Source of the DNA: Blastocystis sp. Blastoise
Taxonomy: Eukaryota > Protista > Bigyra: Opalinata
Assembly: GCA_039096225.1 (NCBI GenBank)
Contig: JBBPEB010000017.1
Coordinates: forward strand, 930,001 to 994,000
Direction: 5' to 3'
DNA length: 64,000 nucleotides
Shown here: piece by piece, positions 40,870 through 55,700 of the stretch
Layout: every line of letters begins with the position of its first letter
Position numbering within the stretch: position 1 is the first letter of the stretch
Notes under the pieces: generated by a model
Databases searched by the model: none
The model's input: the letters and a program-made list of their open reading frames with translations, nothing else
Told to the model about the DNA's origin: nothing
Position numbers and translations under genes: made by a program

Positions 40870-41100
40870 GAGAAATTGACTAAGTGCGCATCCCATACCA
40901 TTTTTACGTTAACTTTGCGCGGTGATTTTATTGGCTAATTAGACTTTAACCAATCAGATTTATAATAATTCTTCTTTCATTTTTGCATTATTTATCATAT
41001 GAAAGATGTTCTATAAGAACTTGACTATTTTCTATAAGAACTTGACCTTCATCGTTTTTTTTGTCAAGTAACCCTTATATTCGATCGTCGAATTCTATTC
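40870..41100 (+). repeat. Left terminal inverted repeat (231 bp)
   Basis: Exact reverse complement of 45229-45459. Contains an ATTGG/CCAAT pair and the direct repeat TTCTATAAGAACTTGAC x2. Confidence 0.95.
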
Positions 41101-42083
41101 TTATTGATAACTCAAAATAATTTTCTATTGGTTGTTATTATTCAAGTTATTTATCGATTTATTATAGTTATTTTATATTATTTAACTTCTATTTTTACAC
41201 GAATAAAGTTTTTACTTATAACTTATTACTATTTATAAATATTAGAGTAAACAGAATTCGCATTAACGATTTTCAAAATAATTCTGATTGCTATTAATTG
41301 TAGCATTTTTTGTAAATGAAATATTATCATAACATCGTAGTTATTAACCTTTGAGAGCTATGATATTTTAAAACGAAATTTATAAATAATTAATAATTAA
41401 ATAGAAATAATTAAATAGAAATATTTTTTTTATTAAGTGGTGTTACTTAAAAAAATAAATATTGTTAAAATATTTTTTGTTAACTACTTTAAATGCTGTA
41501 ATGAATACATTATTAGTATTTGAAAAATATTGTGACGAGACATAGTAATGCACATGAATTATATATTCTATGTTTCAAATTCATATTATATTCAGTATTG
41601 GATAGCTATTACAACTATAAATAGGTAAAAAGGAATTTAATAAGACTTTTAAAAAGAAGATTAGTTTATAATTCACTGGTTTATTGTTTTGATGTTGTTT
41701 ATTTATCATGAGTTACCACAATATAGTTATAAGACAATAATCATAATTGTTATTATTAGAAATTTCACTTAATGATACATGATTAACGCATTCTCTTTTA
41801 TGTCAAGTATTAAACACAGATTCTGTTTTGTTTACACCATAAAAATGTCTATATATTTGATTAAACCATTTTTATAAAATAACAATAGACAAAAATACGC
41901 TTTTATTCAAAATTAATACACTACATAAATATTAGTAAAACTATATCTATTTTTCTTATTTATAAATGATTATATAAATATATATATCTCATAGAGTGAT
42001 ATATATATATGGAAGTATTATATACTTTCCTAAGAAGATAAATATAACAGTTTCAATATCAAATTTATTAGAAGATCTATAAA

Positions 42084-42150
42084 TACTTAAGTCAGGAATT
42101 GAACCTGAAAAGAGTCTGATGAGACTATTCCTTACCATAAAAGCTTAAGT
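42084..42150 (-). ncRNA. tRNA-like structure (67 nt) with shortened anticodon arm
   Basis: The minus strand reads ACTTAAG CTTTTATGGTAAGG AAT AGTCT-CATC-AGACT CTTT TCAGG-TTCAATT-CCTGA CTTAAGT A. This gives a 7-bp acceptor stem, a perfect T arm with B-box GGTTCAATTCC, a D-like hairpin with GG, and only a 4-nt anticodon loop. Confidence 0.6.
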
Positions 42151-42151
42151 A

Positions 42152-42194
<43 letters not shown>

Positions 42195-42344
42195 TAATAA
42201 TATAATATGAGTTAGAGTTATTATTATATATCTGCATATATATATTAACTGTAATGATAAGTAACTTAATAGCATAAAATCTTATATATATATATATGAT
42301 ATCATAACCAATATGTAATAATAAAATGTTTTCCTAACATGACA

Positions 42345-44420
<2,076 letters not shown>

Positions 44421-45228
44421 TAAGATAACAAATATATATATATATATATATACATTAATATTAATTAACTGATAACCATATAACCTATATATATATAATT
44501 ATAGCATAATATAATAAAAATAATAATATATTACAAGATAACATATGTATAATAAAAAATAAATAAACTATTCTTTAAAAAAAATAAACATGAATAAATG
44601 ATTGAAAATATTTACAAAACAATATATATAGACAATAAATAGAGAGAATAAATTAAATAAATAAAATACATAGAAAATGCAATGTGCACAAAAAAAAAAG
44701 ATAATACATTAAAAAATTATATATAATTTAATAGAAAATGATAAGTATATACAGGAGAAGAGTAGAAAAAACAACGAAGACGAACAAAAACACAATGGGA
44801 GATTTGCAACGTACAAATAGATTATCTTACACCAGAATCAAAACCACACACACAGCATAGAGTTCTAATATTATCAGCAGAACAGAGCCAATCTATATAA
44901 AGAAAATAAAAAACACAAGAATCTACATTGTGTTGAATAGTTACAAACTTACAATTCTGACATTAAGGGATCCATAGGATCATACTACTTAAAAAACAAG
45001 GCCATAACAACGCTATGAGAAATTAGTTGATAAATAAAAGAAAATATAATAACCACTAAAAATTAGTTTGAGTTATCAGTAAGAAATTTTCAAACTCTTT
45101 AATAACTCATTTTTAGTAAATTCTAATAGAATTCTATGAATTTAATTAGCAAATTATTTCATTTCGACTTCTTTACTTAAAATGATTGGCTAAATATTAA
45201 ATTTTGTTCCTAAAAATCAATTACTTTC

Positions 45229-45459
45229 GAATAGAATTCGACGATCGAATATAAGGGTTACTTGACAAAAAAAACGATGAAGGTCAAGTTCTTATAGAAA
45301 ATAGTCAAGTTCTTATAGAACATCTTTCATATGATAAATAATGCAAAAATGAAAGAAGAATTATTATAAATCTGATTGGTTAAAGTCTAATTAGCCAATA
45401 AAATCACCGCGCAAAGTTAACGTAAAAATGGTATGGGATGCGCACTTAGTCAATTTCTC
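45229..45459 (-). repeat. Right terminal inverted repeat (231 bp)
   Basis: Exact reverse complement of 40870-41100. Confidence 0.95.
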
Positions 45460-46231
45460 CCTTTTTTTAAATATCTTAGTCTTTAGACTCAATAGAAACA
45501 TATTTTGGGATAATATACTTATTATTGACTATATTAGATATCTTTCTAGCCAATTGTTAATCACTCTGTTACGATATCTTTTTTGACAACTACTATTAAA
45601 TATTAAAAAAATGATGAGAGACGCATAGAACGTTGTCTTATGCTGTAAACTGGTTTAAATTTTACGATAAGATGTTTTTTCTGCTAAACTGATTTCATTA
45701 TGAATATATATCCTCTCAAACACATAGCACATCGATACAAGAAAATGAAAAAAGTATATAATTGACAAACCAACACGAACTATTGATATATCTATTGTAT
45801 TTATGCCAAATTCGTTAATTATTTTTGAGATAAAAATAATTCAATCAAATGGATCTCCCTAATATGAAGTAAATTAAGGATTGAATGAGAAGTGATAAAC
45901 TCTGCTCTAAAAAAAATACAAAAAAGGGAACATTATTGTATTAGACATTATTTTCTAAATGTATTTTAAAAGATGAATATGTATAAATAAAACTCTGTAT
46001 ATATCTTCTTTAGAAAACCCTAAAAAACAGAGTACAGATAAGAATATATGGATATCTAAAATAAAAAGGGAATGACATTCAGGATAGCATAAAGATTTTT
46101 CGAATATATATAATGATTTTTAATAATACGTAATTTATAAGTCACTTAAAATGATTGTTGAAAAAATATGAGAACATATGAAATATAAACATAATAAATA
46201 ATAAAACTATAATTTGAATAATCAAACAAAA

Positions 46232-47440
46232 TCAAGTATAGAGTGGTTTCATATGAAGAAGTTTTCGAATTCGATTGGTTTCCATGATTGTACATTCATA
46301 TTCTTTCTTATCATTGATAAAAACCCTTGCTTTTGGAAATAGATACTGATTTGTGTGTTCACTAATAGAAATAAAATTTTATTTTTTTTAAAATTGTATA
46401 ATATATAATTTATATATATATATATACTTTTTTTTACTTTCAGTATCTACAACAGAAGGTGCATTTAATGAAGCTGGAGATAGCTTGCTACTATCACCAA
46501 ATACTTGGTGATATTTTATATTAATATCTACATATTTCTGACGAACTTCTTTTATATCTGTTACATATATATATATTAATCATTTACAGTGATATTCAAT
46601 AAAAAATATAAAAAAGATAATAAATATAATAAATATAATAAATATAATAAAGATAATTAATATATAATACCATAATTATAATTTGCTTTTTCTTTTGTAT
46701 CAAGATTTAGTACTATAAATAAAAGATAACATAGAAAAAGAAATATACCATTTTTCAGGTCATGTATATCTTGATTAATATGAATATATTTGATTTCATA
46801 TACATCAGAAGACCGTATACTATATAAGAAACACTCACATTTTGTTCTACATAAAGGACATGTGTTATTCTTCTTAGTCCATTTCAAAATACAATTATAA
46901 CAGAATTCATGAAAACAGGGTATCATTATACTATAAGTTGTATGAGTCAAATTCTGAAAACAAATACAACAAGTCATCTTTTTAATATGAGGAATAGATT
47001 CTACTTTTGATGTTTTTCTTTCAATTTGTATTTGCTCTTTTTTTAAATCATTTAAAATGTCTGGAGGATGAAAATTAATATCTGTTGGCAACTGCAAAGA
47101 AAGTTAGATATTAATATAAATGATATATAAAAAATTACAACAAATTCATCTTTCAAACGATGAATAAATTGATCTTCACATGGATTTGCTCGATCTCCCA
47201 TTAATGAGGACCTATAAAAGGTTGACAAAATAATATAACAAGGTGAAATAATATTACTCAGAAGAATATAAACGAATACTTTTTGAAAGTTGCTCTAAAA
47301 AAATAATAAATATAAACTCAGATCTCATATAGATTTATAATACTGTTTTGAGCAATTATCGTGTTGATCATACCCATAAATGGATGATTATCATTATCTT
47401 CATTTATCAAATCGTTTTGATTTGAGTATTGCCGTTTCAT
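46232..47440 (-). CDS. C3HC4 RING-finger protein (Topors-like RING) with C-terminal HIND-like motif, multi-exon
   Basis: RING: CCIC...PCFHEFCYNCILKW...CPLCR...YSIRS. Spliced from ATG 47440. The last exon reads EHTNQYLFPKARVFINDKKEYECTIMETNRIRKLLHMKPLYT*. Confidence 0.8.
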
Positions 47441-47653
47441 TTGGTTATGAATAACTTTTCAAAAGATCAATAAAGAGTGAAAACTAATAATTAATCGAAA
47501 TATTGAATTAAAAAGAAACTTAGTTGATATTCACGATTTTTGTGAATGAATAGGAGAATTTCTACTGTTTTTCATGGAAGAATCTGGCAAATTCATAGTA
47601 TAGTTTTCTTCAATATTTTCAAATATTAATATATTAAAGTTTATTGTGATATC

Positions 47654-50318
47654 ATGGAACCAGAAAAGGATCAAAAATCTCCAATAATAGGAGCAAATAA
47701 AAAAGTAGATGACCTTCCTATTTCGTCTTTGGAACATACGAATACAGAAAATAAAGAGATAAGTGAAGATCAGTTTGATAAGAATATAATGAGAATCCGA
47801 AATTCTTTTAAGAAAGCTTTTGTAAAAGAAGATCCTCGTCATGCTATTGATACTATCAATTTTGAGTTTGATGCTTACTTAGAGAGTTACGCAAGGTATG
47901 TATGATCTATTACAAATATTTGATTCTGTGTATTTTTTATAGAAATCTTCTTTTTTCAAATGATTCGATAGAAAAGGAGAAAGATAATAATCAGACTATT
48001 TTTGATAATTCTGAATTATACAAGCGTTGGAATTTTGTATTACGAAAAGACCAATTTGAAGCTTTTAATGGTATTTTATTGTTTTTTTTTCTTTTTTTTT
48101 TAAATTATAATTATATATGTTATTTATAAATAGTTGTTCCGATTGTGAAGCATTCGGTGATAGAAAAGAAATTTGTGGATTCAATTCCAAGTCAATCTGT
48201 TTCTTCTGTTGAGTTATCCTCAAAAGAATCACAAAAATTAGATGAGTTGAATAAAGAAGATACTGTTTCTTCAAATGAAATAGGTAATAGAAAAACGCCT
48301 CTTTCTTCTTCTTCTCCTTCTGAACCTCTCTCTCCATCTCAAGTAGAATATAATAATAAACCTATTAATATTGTTGTTAATAAATCAGTGAATATTACTG
48401 GACAAACGAAATCAAATGAAGCTATGGAAGATAATAAGAATGTTAATAATAAAAATATTAATATTAATAATAATAATGATATTAATAATAAAAATATGAA
48501 TAATAAAACTATTAATGATCAAATAAAGGTAAAGAAAACAAGTATATCTTCTACAGTTAATAATAATAATAATAGTGATGAAGAAGAAGAAGAATGGGAA
48601 GTAGAAACTCCAGTTTCCAAGTCATTCGGTACAAAAGTTGTGCAATCAACGACGATAAAGTCGAGTGTTAAAGAAATAAGTGATGATGACGATGAAGAAT
48701 GGGAAATAGAACCAAAAGAAACAAAGAATCAATCAAATAATAAGGATAATGATAAGAAGAATAAGAAAGATCCTATAACAAATAATAAGAATAGGAAATA
48801 TTCTTGGGAAGATGATGATGAAGATAGTGATACGTTTATTGAGAATAAGAATAAGAATAATGTTTCAAATGATGTTTCTTCAAAGAAATCATTACAAGTA
48901 GAAAAGAGAGATGATATGAATAATTTGAGAAAAGAAGAAAAGAAAGAAGATATAAAACAAGTTCAACTTCAAATGGAGAATGCTAAGAAGAATGCAGAAG
49001 AAATTGATACAGATGATTTATTTGGGGATAGTGATAATGATAAGAATGATGATAAACATATTCTAGAGAATAATAAAGTAAATAAATCAAAATTAGTGTC
49101 TACTGATGAAAAAACACGACAATTCTCTTGGGATGATGATGATGATGATGAATTTATTGTTGAGAAGAAACCCTCGACTCGTCATAATACTCAACGTCTT
49201 GGAACAACCGAAAAAGGAATGTCACGATTACAACTTCATCGCTTACAACAAGAAAAAGAAAAAGAAAAAGAAAAAATAAAGAGTAATGATTCAACTATTT
49301 TTTCTTCTTCAAGAACTACTAGTAATTTGATTAAGCAAGTAAAAGACACTCAAAAGCCTATTGTTAAATCGAATACAAAGCCAGTGATGACTGTTGAAAT
49401 AGATACTGATGATGATTGGTCAGATGATAGTGAAACTGTCTCCATTTCAATTCCTTCTAAACAAATCAAGAATACTGAGAATATTATAAAGAAAGATATT
49501 AAAGATCAACAAGATAATTCTAATATGAATAAAGATATATCAACAGTTCCTATGTCTTCTACTGTTTCATTAAAATCTACTATTTCTAAATCATCAAAGA
49601 AAATAAATGAAGATAATAATAATGATAATGATTGGAGTGATGAAGATAATAATAATAATAAAGATAATAGTAAAAATAATAATAATAATTGGAGTGATGA
49701 AGATAATAATAATACTAAAGATAATAATAAAAATAATGATCAAAAAGAAAATAAACAATCTATAAATTCTTCAAATCAAGTATCTTCTACTAAAAGTAAA
49801 TATGAATGGGATATTTCAGAGAGTGAAGAAGAAATAGATCCAATTCCTTCTGTTATTACTACTGATATTAAATCATCTATAAATAAAAAGAAAGAGAATG
49901 AAGATTGGTTTTCAGATTCAGATACTTCTTCTCCTATTCCTAATACTACGTTATCTAAAGATATTCCTCCTACCATCCCTTCTAAATCACTTAAACCATC
50001 TCAAGATATTCCTCCTACCATCCCTCCTAAATCACTTAAACCTTCAAATACTATATCAAAACAAAATAATATGAATTGGTCTGATGATGATGATGATAAT
50101 GACTTTCAAATCAATAAAGTCAATTCTACTCCTAACAAATCTGAACTCTCTTCAATTCCTACATCATCTTCTCTTTCTACAAAGAATGTATCAACAAAAC
50201 GCTCTCTTCGTAGTAAACATGAACTATCTCGTAAAGTTACAAAACCTATAAATATGTCAATGTTTGATAGCGATAGTGAAGAAGAAAAGAATTCGAAAGA
50301 AAGAACCAAATCTTTATC

Positions 50319-50352
<34 letters not shown>

Positions 50353-51345
50353 ACATCACGTATAAGAAAACAACGTACAAATACTTCAAGACGATCTTCT
50401 ATAGAGAAAGAACCAATAAAAACCGTTTCTTCTAAAGTAATACATGATGATTGGTCTAATAGTGATGATGAATTTAATAATAATATTTCAGATAATAAAA
50501 AAGTTTCAGATAATAATAAAATTTCAGATAATAATAAAATTTCAGATAATAATAAAATTTCAGATAATACTACTACTACTATTCCTGTTCTTTCAGTTAT
50601 GAAAAAGTCGACTATAGATGATTGGGATATCGATTCTGATGAAGATGATGATAAAAAAGGTATTAAAAATGAAGAAAAGAATATTAAGAATACTATAAAG
50701 TCTAATGAAATAAAGTCATCTTCTGTCATAAAACAACAATCAATTAAAGAAGACAATTTGAGTGATGAAGATCTATTTAAACCAGATATATCTACTACGA
50801 TATCTAAGAAATCAGTAGTTCAAGATGATTGGTCAGATGATGAAGAATTCATGAATAACAAGAAATCAGCCAATAATAAATCTAAAAATGAAATTCAATC
50901 TTTATCTAATGAAGATGATTGGTCAGATGATGATAAACCTTCCTTAATGAATTCTACTCAAAATAATAAGATAAATACTATTTCTAAAAACACAAATGAT
51001 GATTGGTCAGATGAAGATACGAATATAACTGTTTCGAAATCAATTCCAATTCCACGAGAAACATCCAGAAAACGAAAAGATCGTAAATTGAAGAATAATA
51101 ATATTTCTGATTCGATGAATCTTTCATCTAAAGAAGATATACATAATAAAAAGGAGAATTCTTCAAATGATAGGAATCTATCTATGACTCCATCATCAAC
51201 TCCTCTATTTTCAAATTCATTTTCCTCTCTAAATAATAATACTCCTTCTTCTTCTACTACTCCTAAATCTCCTAATAATCTCTCTTTCCTTAATGATTTT
51301 GATTTCGATATGTCTTCACAAACACAAGATACAACTACTTATGAT

Positions 51346-51376
<31 letters not shown>

Positions 51377-51713
51377 TCTCTGCACTTGATATCTTAGCTG
51401 TTCCTTCAACAGTGGATAAATCTTCTTTATCTATGAACAACTCTTCTTTACCTATGAATAACTCTTCTTTATCTATGAATAACTCTTCTTTATCTATGAA
51501 TAACTCTTCTATACCTATTCAATCAATATTAAGTACTATGAACAATAGTCAAAATACTATTATTCAAAATCCAGTCTCTGAAGAAACACAAACAATTATC
51601 AATCAACTTCCTAACTATGATTATTTATTATCTAAAGTATATTATATATATCATTAGAAATTAACTAATATTATGTTTACATATAGACATTCACCTTTGA
51701 TTCTTTGTTCTAA
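47654..51713 (+). CDS. Low-complexity acidic protein with ~15 D/E-W-S/D motifs and aftiphilin-like C-terminus
   Basis: Two small 5' exons, a 3.5-kb exon and a probable last mini-exon (51687-51713) give ...EETQTIINQLPNYDYLLSKTFTFDSLF*. Repeated DDWSDD motifs. Confidence 0.7.
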
Positions 51714-52703
51714 AGTTGATAAAATTATTTTTATTATTATTTTTTATAAAGTTTTACATTCAATTTAGATTTGTAAATTATTATTAAAATATATTTAATT
51801 ATCAAATGAATATTGTTTTATATATATGTTATATCTTGTTACATGATTATAATATTTGGTTGTTTTAAATAATTAATTCAAAAGTAAATAGAATTATTTA
51901 TACATTCATTTTTAATCTCTTTTTAAAGCATAGTTTATTACTTATATTTATATATTACAAACGTGAAAAGAATATAATAAAAATTGGACATAAAAGTAAC
52001 TACTAAATATATTTAAGCATTAATCTATGTCTACTCTTCATTTAAATATTATAATATAATCAGTTTCAATTAATAACTATGATTCTGAACATCTATAGAG
52101 AGAAGCATATCTTGAAACACATATATAAAGCATAAATTTTCTATAACAACTTCCTTCTATGAAAATAAATTGTATTTCCTTTGAACACTAACAAATTATC
52201 TAATATATTATTCGAATCTATTCAATATAAGTAGAATATGCTATGCTGATGATGTTAATATATGTATTATCGCAATATTACAAAAATAAATTCTTTAAAT
52301 TCGATTAATTTGTGTTTTTTTAATTTAATATATTAGAATTGTAGTTATTCTGAGTAGTACACATGCTTTATGATTTAATACGAGTAGAATCTAAATAATT
52401 ACTAAATGACTTTTCTTATTCTATAATAAGAGTGCATAAAATAAGTAGATAGTCATGGTAAATGATATCAGATGCATCTTCAATTAAAAAAAGATAATAT
52501 AAAGCTGGATACAAACAAAGATCAAGGGTAAAATGCCTTCAAAACAAAAAAAAGAAAAACAATATCAAATTTAAAAATTCAAAAAACTTTTTTTTTTCAC
52601 TAGTGTTTTAAATAATAACCGTAAATAAATGTTTTATTACAAAATGATTTTTCTCATTATTGTCTAGTTTTGTATGTTTTTAACTAGACTTTATGCAAAG
52701 ACA

Positions 52704-55700
52704 ATGAAGATCAATATATGTCTAATTGTTATTTTGCTTCTGATGTCATTGGATCAGAGTAACTGATATCTCACTTTATGGTATATATATATATAGGTTT
52801 GGCAACATGTCCAGAGAACACTATAGAGACAATTCTAACAAGGAAATATGGAACATCTGTTGCGTATGAAAGAGTTTCTGTTTATCAAGGCAATAGAATC
52901 ACTGGGACTCTTGTTTTTGACTTATCAGGAAAGTTTGGTCAAGGTAGCATGCTTCAAACATTCAATTTATGTTTGAATCCAACTCCTCATACCGTAGTTG
53001 CAATTTCGTCGTAATTATATATATATATATAGTTTTCTTGTGTTGTTTTTTTTCTACATTATTATTATATTTATTTATAATATATTTTGTTGATATATTT
53101 ATATAAAACTAGGTTACTATTTTAGACTTTTTTTAATAAATACATTCATATATATATATTAGAAATATTTAAAATCGTTTTCTATTATATTTTTATTATT
53201 TAAATTAATTGTTATTATTGTGTTGATTAATATATAGTTGGGGAAAAGGTTGGAGTTATGGTTCTTATATAATGTTATCTATATATTTATCCGTATTAAG
53301 TAAATATACATTAAAACAAGGTTCTTATGGTGAATTCTCTTTCTATCGTATATATATGTTTAATTTATATTTTATATTAATAAATAGCTCTATTCTAAAA
53401 GTATTTTTATTAACTGTAAATAATAATATTATATATATATATATATAGCTTATTACATATTGGAAACTAGTAGTCCTTGGAGATATACTCCTTTAGCAAT
53501 ATTTCATAAAGAATGGATTTATTATTCTTATGATGATTCGAATTGGAATTATTATTATAGTGGTCGATTTCCTACTCCTTCTTCTATTACTCGTTACTAT
53601 AGACGTACTATTCAAATCAATAAAGATATTTCTGGCATTACGTTATTAGAATTATCCATTAAATCAAAAGAAGGTATTATTATCTATATAAATTCAAAAT
53701 TATTAACTTATCATTATGTTCAAAATACGGATTTATCTCCTAATGATTATGCAATTCAATCAGATCCAGCATATACCTTAAAATCGTATTCAGGTAGTTA
53801 TCAATATTATATTGGTGATTCTACAGATATTATTATAGCTATTGAAGTTCATCAAGCAAAGAATATACCTATTACTAATGATGAATTTGAAGCTACATTA
53901 TTATTTCTATCTGGAGATCAAGTACAACGTAGTATTAATGGCACATCTATTTCTACTCCTCTATATAAAGAAAATGAAATAGCTGATAATGCATTTGATG
54001 GTTTATATACAACGAAATGGTCAGGATTAATGATCAATGAACGTGCTTCCTTATTATATACATTCCCAAATCAACGTAAAGAATGGATTAATACAATAGA
54101 CATGGCATGTGATGTTTCGGATTATAAATCTCTTCCTAAATCCTTCTTTATTTCTGGATCTAATGACAATGGAACTACTTGGGAACCTATTGCTTTCTAT
54201 AGTAATTTAATGTTTACGAATATCAATGATTTACAAACATTTTATTTCTTATCCAATATACATCTATTTAATATTATTAATATTACATTTACAGAAACCT
54301 ATCAAACATCTACTTATGTATCTGTATTTAATATCAATTTCTATGCAAGTAATAAAGAGATTCTACAAGAATATTCTTATGGTTCTGATTCATTTACTTG
54401 GTTTATTAGTATAGAGAAAGTGAATATTTCTCCTCTTCATTCTGGTGTATCCGATTATAGAATGAAATCTCCTTCTTCTCTTCCTAAAGGATTATCATTA
54501 GATTCTATTTCAGGAACTATTAGTGGATATCCTACAGTTACTTTTAGTGATGATTTTATTATAGAAGCGTATAGCTATTTATATGAGAAAACTATTACTA
54601 TTACATTTCATGTAGATATTTTAGTGTGTAGTAATGATAAATATGTAATTGTTGATTTAATAAAGAATTCAGCAGTTGCTTCTTATGAATATGAATATAT
54701 AGAATTAATTAATATGAATAATACTGCTGTATATTTAGATCATGCTATTTCTTCTTCAGCATATTATAGAACCTTATGTTTATTAAAAGGTATATATATA
54801 CTACGTTTATCATCATCAGGATCATTTTCTTGGTCTGCTTCTTCCAATTTAAAAATATCCTTAAGAGATGATATTTACTCAAATACTGTTTTCTATGGTA
54901 CTTTACATAATGGATATTCACAAGAATCTCCAATTGCATTAGATTATCTAATAAATAACCGTGATTCTTCTGTTCTCTGTAAATTAGATAATGATACATT
55001 CATAGATTCTACTTGGTATACAAATGATTATTTTACTTCTTCTTCTTCTCCTATAACAAATACATGGTTTTCATGTTTAAATACGTCTTCTCGATTGAAA
55101 TATAATAGTTATAATCGTTATTATCGTACTACAATTAATATTGATGATGCTAATAAATATCAAGGTATAGAAATCATATTAAAAGGTCCTAATGGTGTAT
55201 TATTATATATAAATGAACAAATAGCTTATAAAACAGATCTTAATGATACTTCTATTCCTATTACAGATAATACTATGCCTTCTAATAATGCTAGTACTAT
55301 TACTCATAGAACTATTTCTTTATCGATGAATTATTTTCATAAGGGTATCAATACTATTGCTTTTGCTACACTATATAGTAGAACTACAAAATTACCTTAT
55401 ACAAATAATGTAGAATTAAGTATACATTATTTATCATCTAGTGCTATATATCCTAGACTATGGAATATATTTGGTTCTATTAATACCACAGAAGTTGAAA
55501 GCTATATATCTATGCTTTTTGATTTAGATTATTATACTTCATTTACTATGAGATATTATTTTAATAGGGAACAACCAAGAACAATAACGTTATTTTATGA
55601 ATCTAAATATCGATTTGAATATATTAATAAATATTGTATTTCTATTCGTCCTGCTTTTCCTGAACAGGGTCCACAAAAATGGTCATTCTATGGTTGTGAT

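Noticed and set aside
42084-42150. Functional tRNA-Met(CAT)
   Set aside because: CAT sits in a 4-nt loop, and a 7-nt loop leaves no stem, so it is kept only as tRNA-like.
49776-50756. Antisense ORFs of 66 and 216 aa
   Set aside because: Shadow frames of the low-complexity plus-strand exon.
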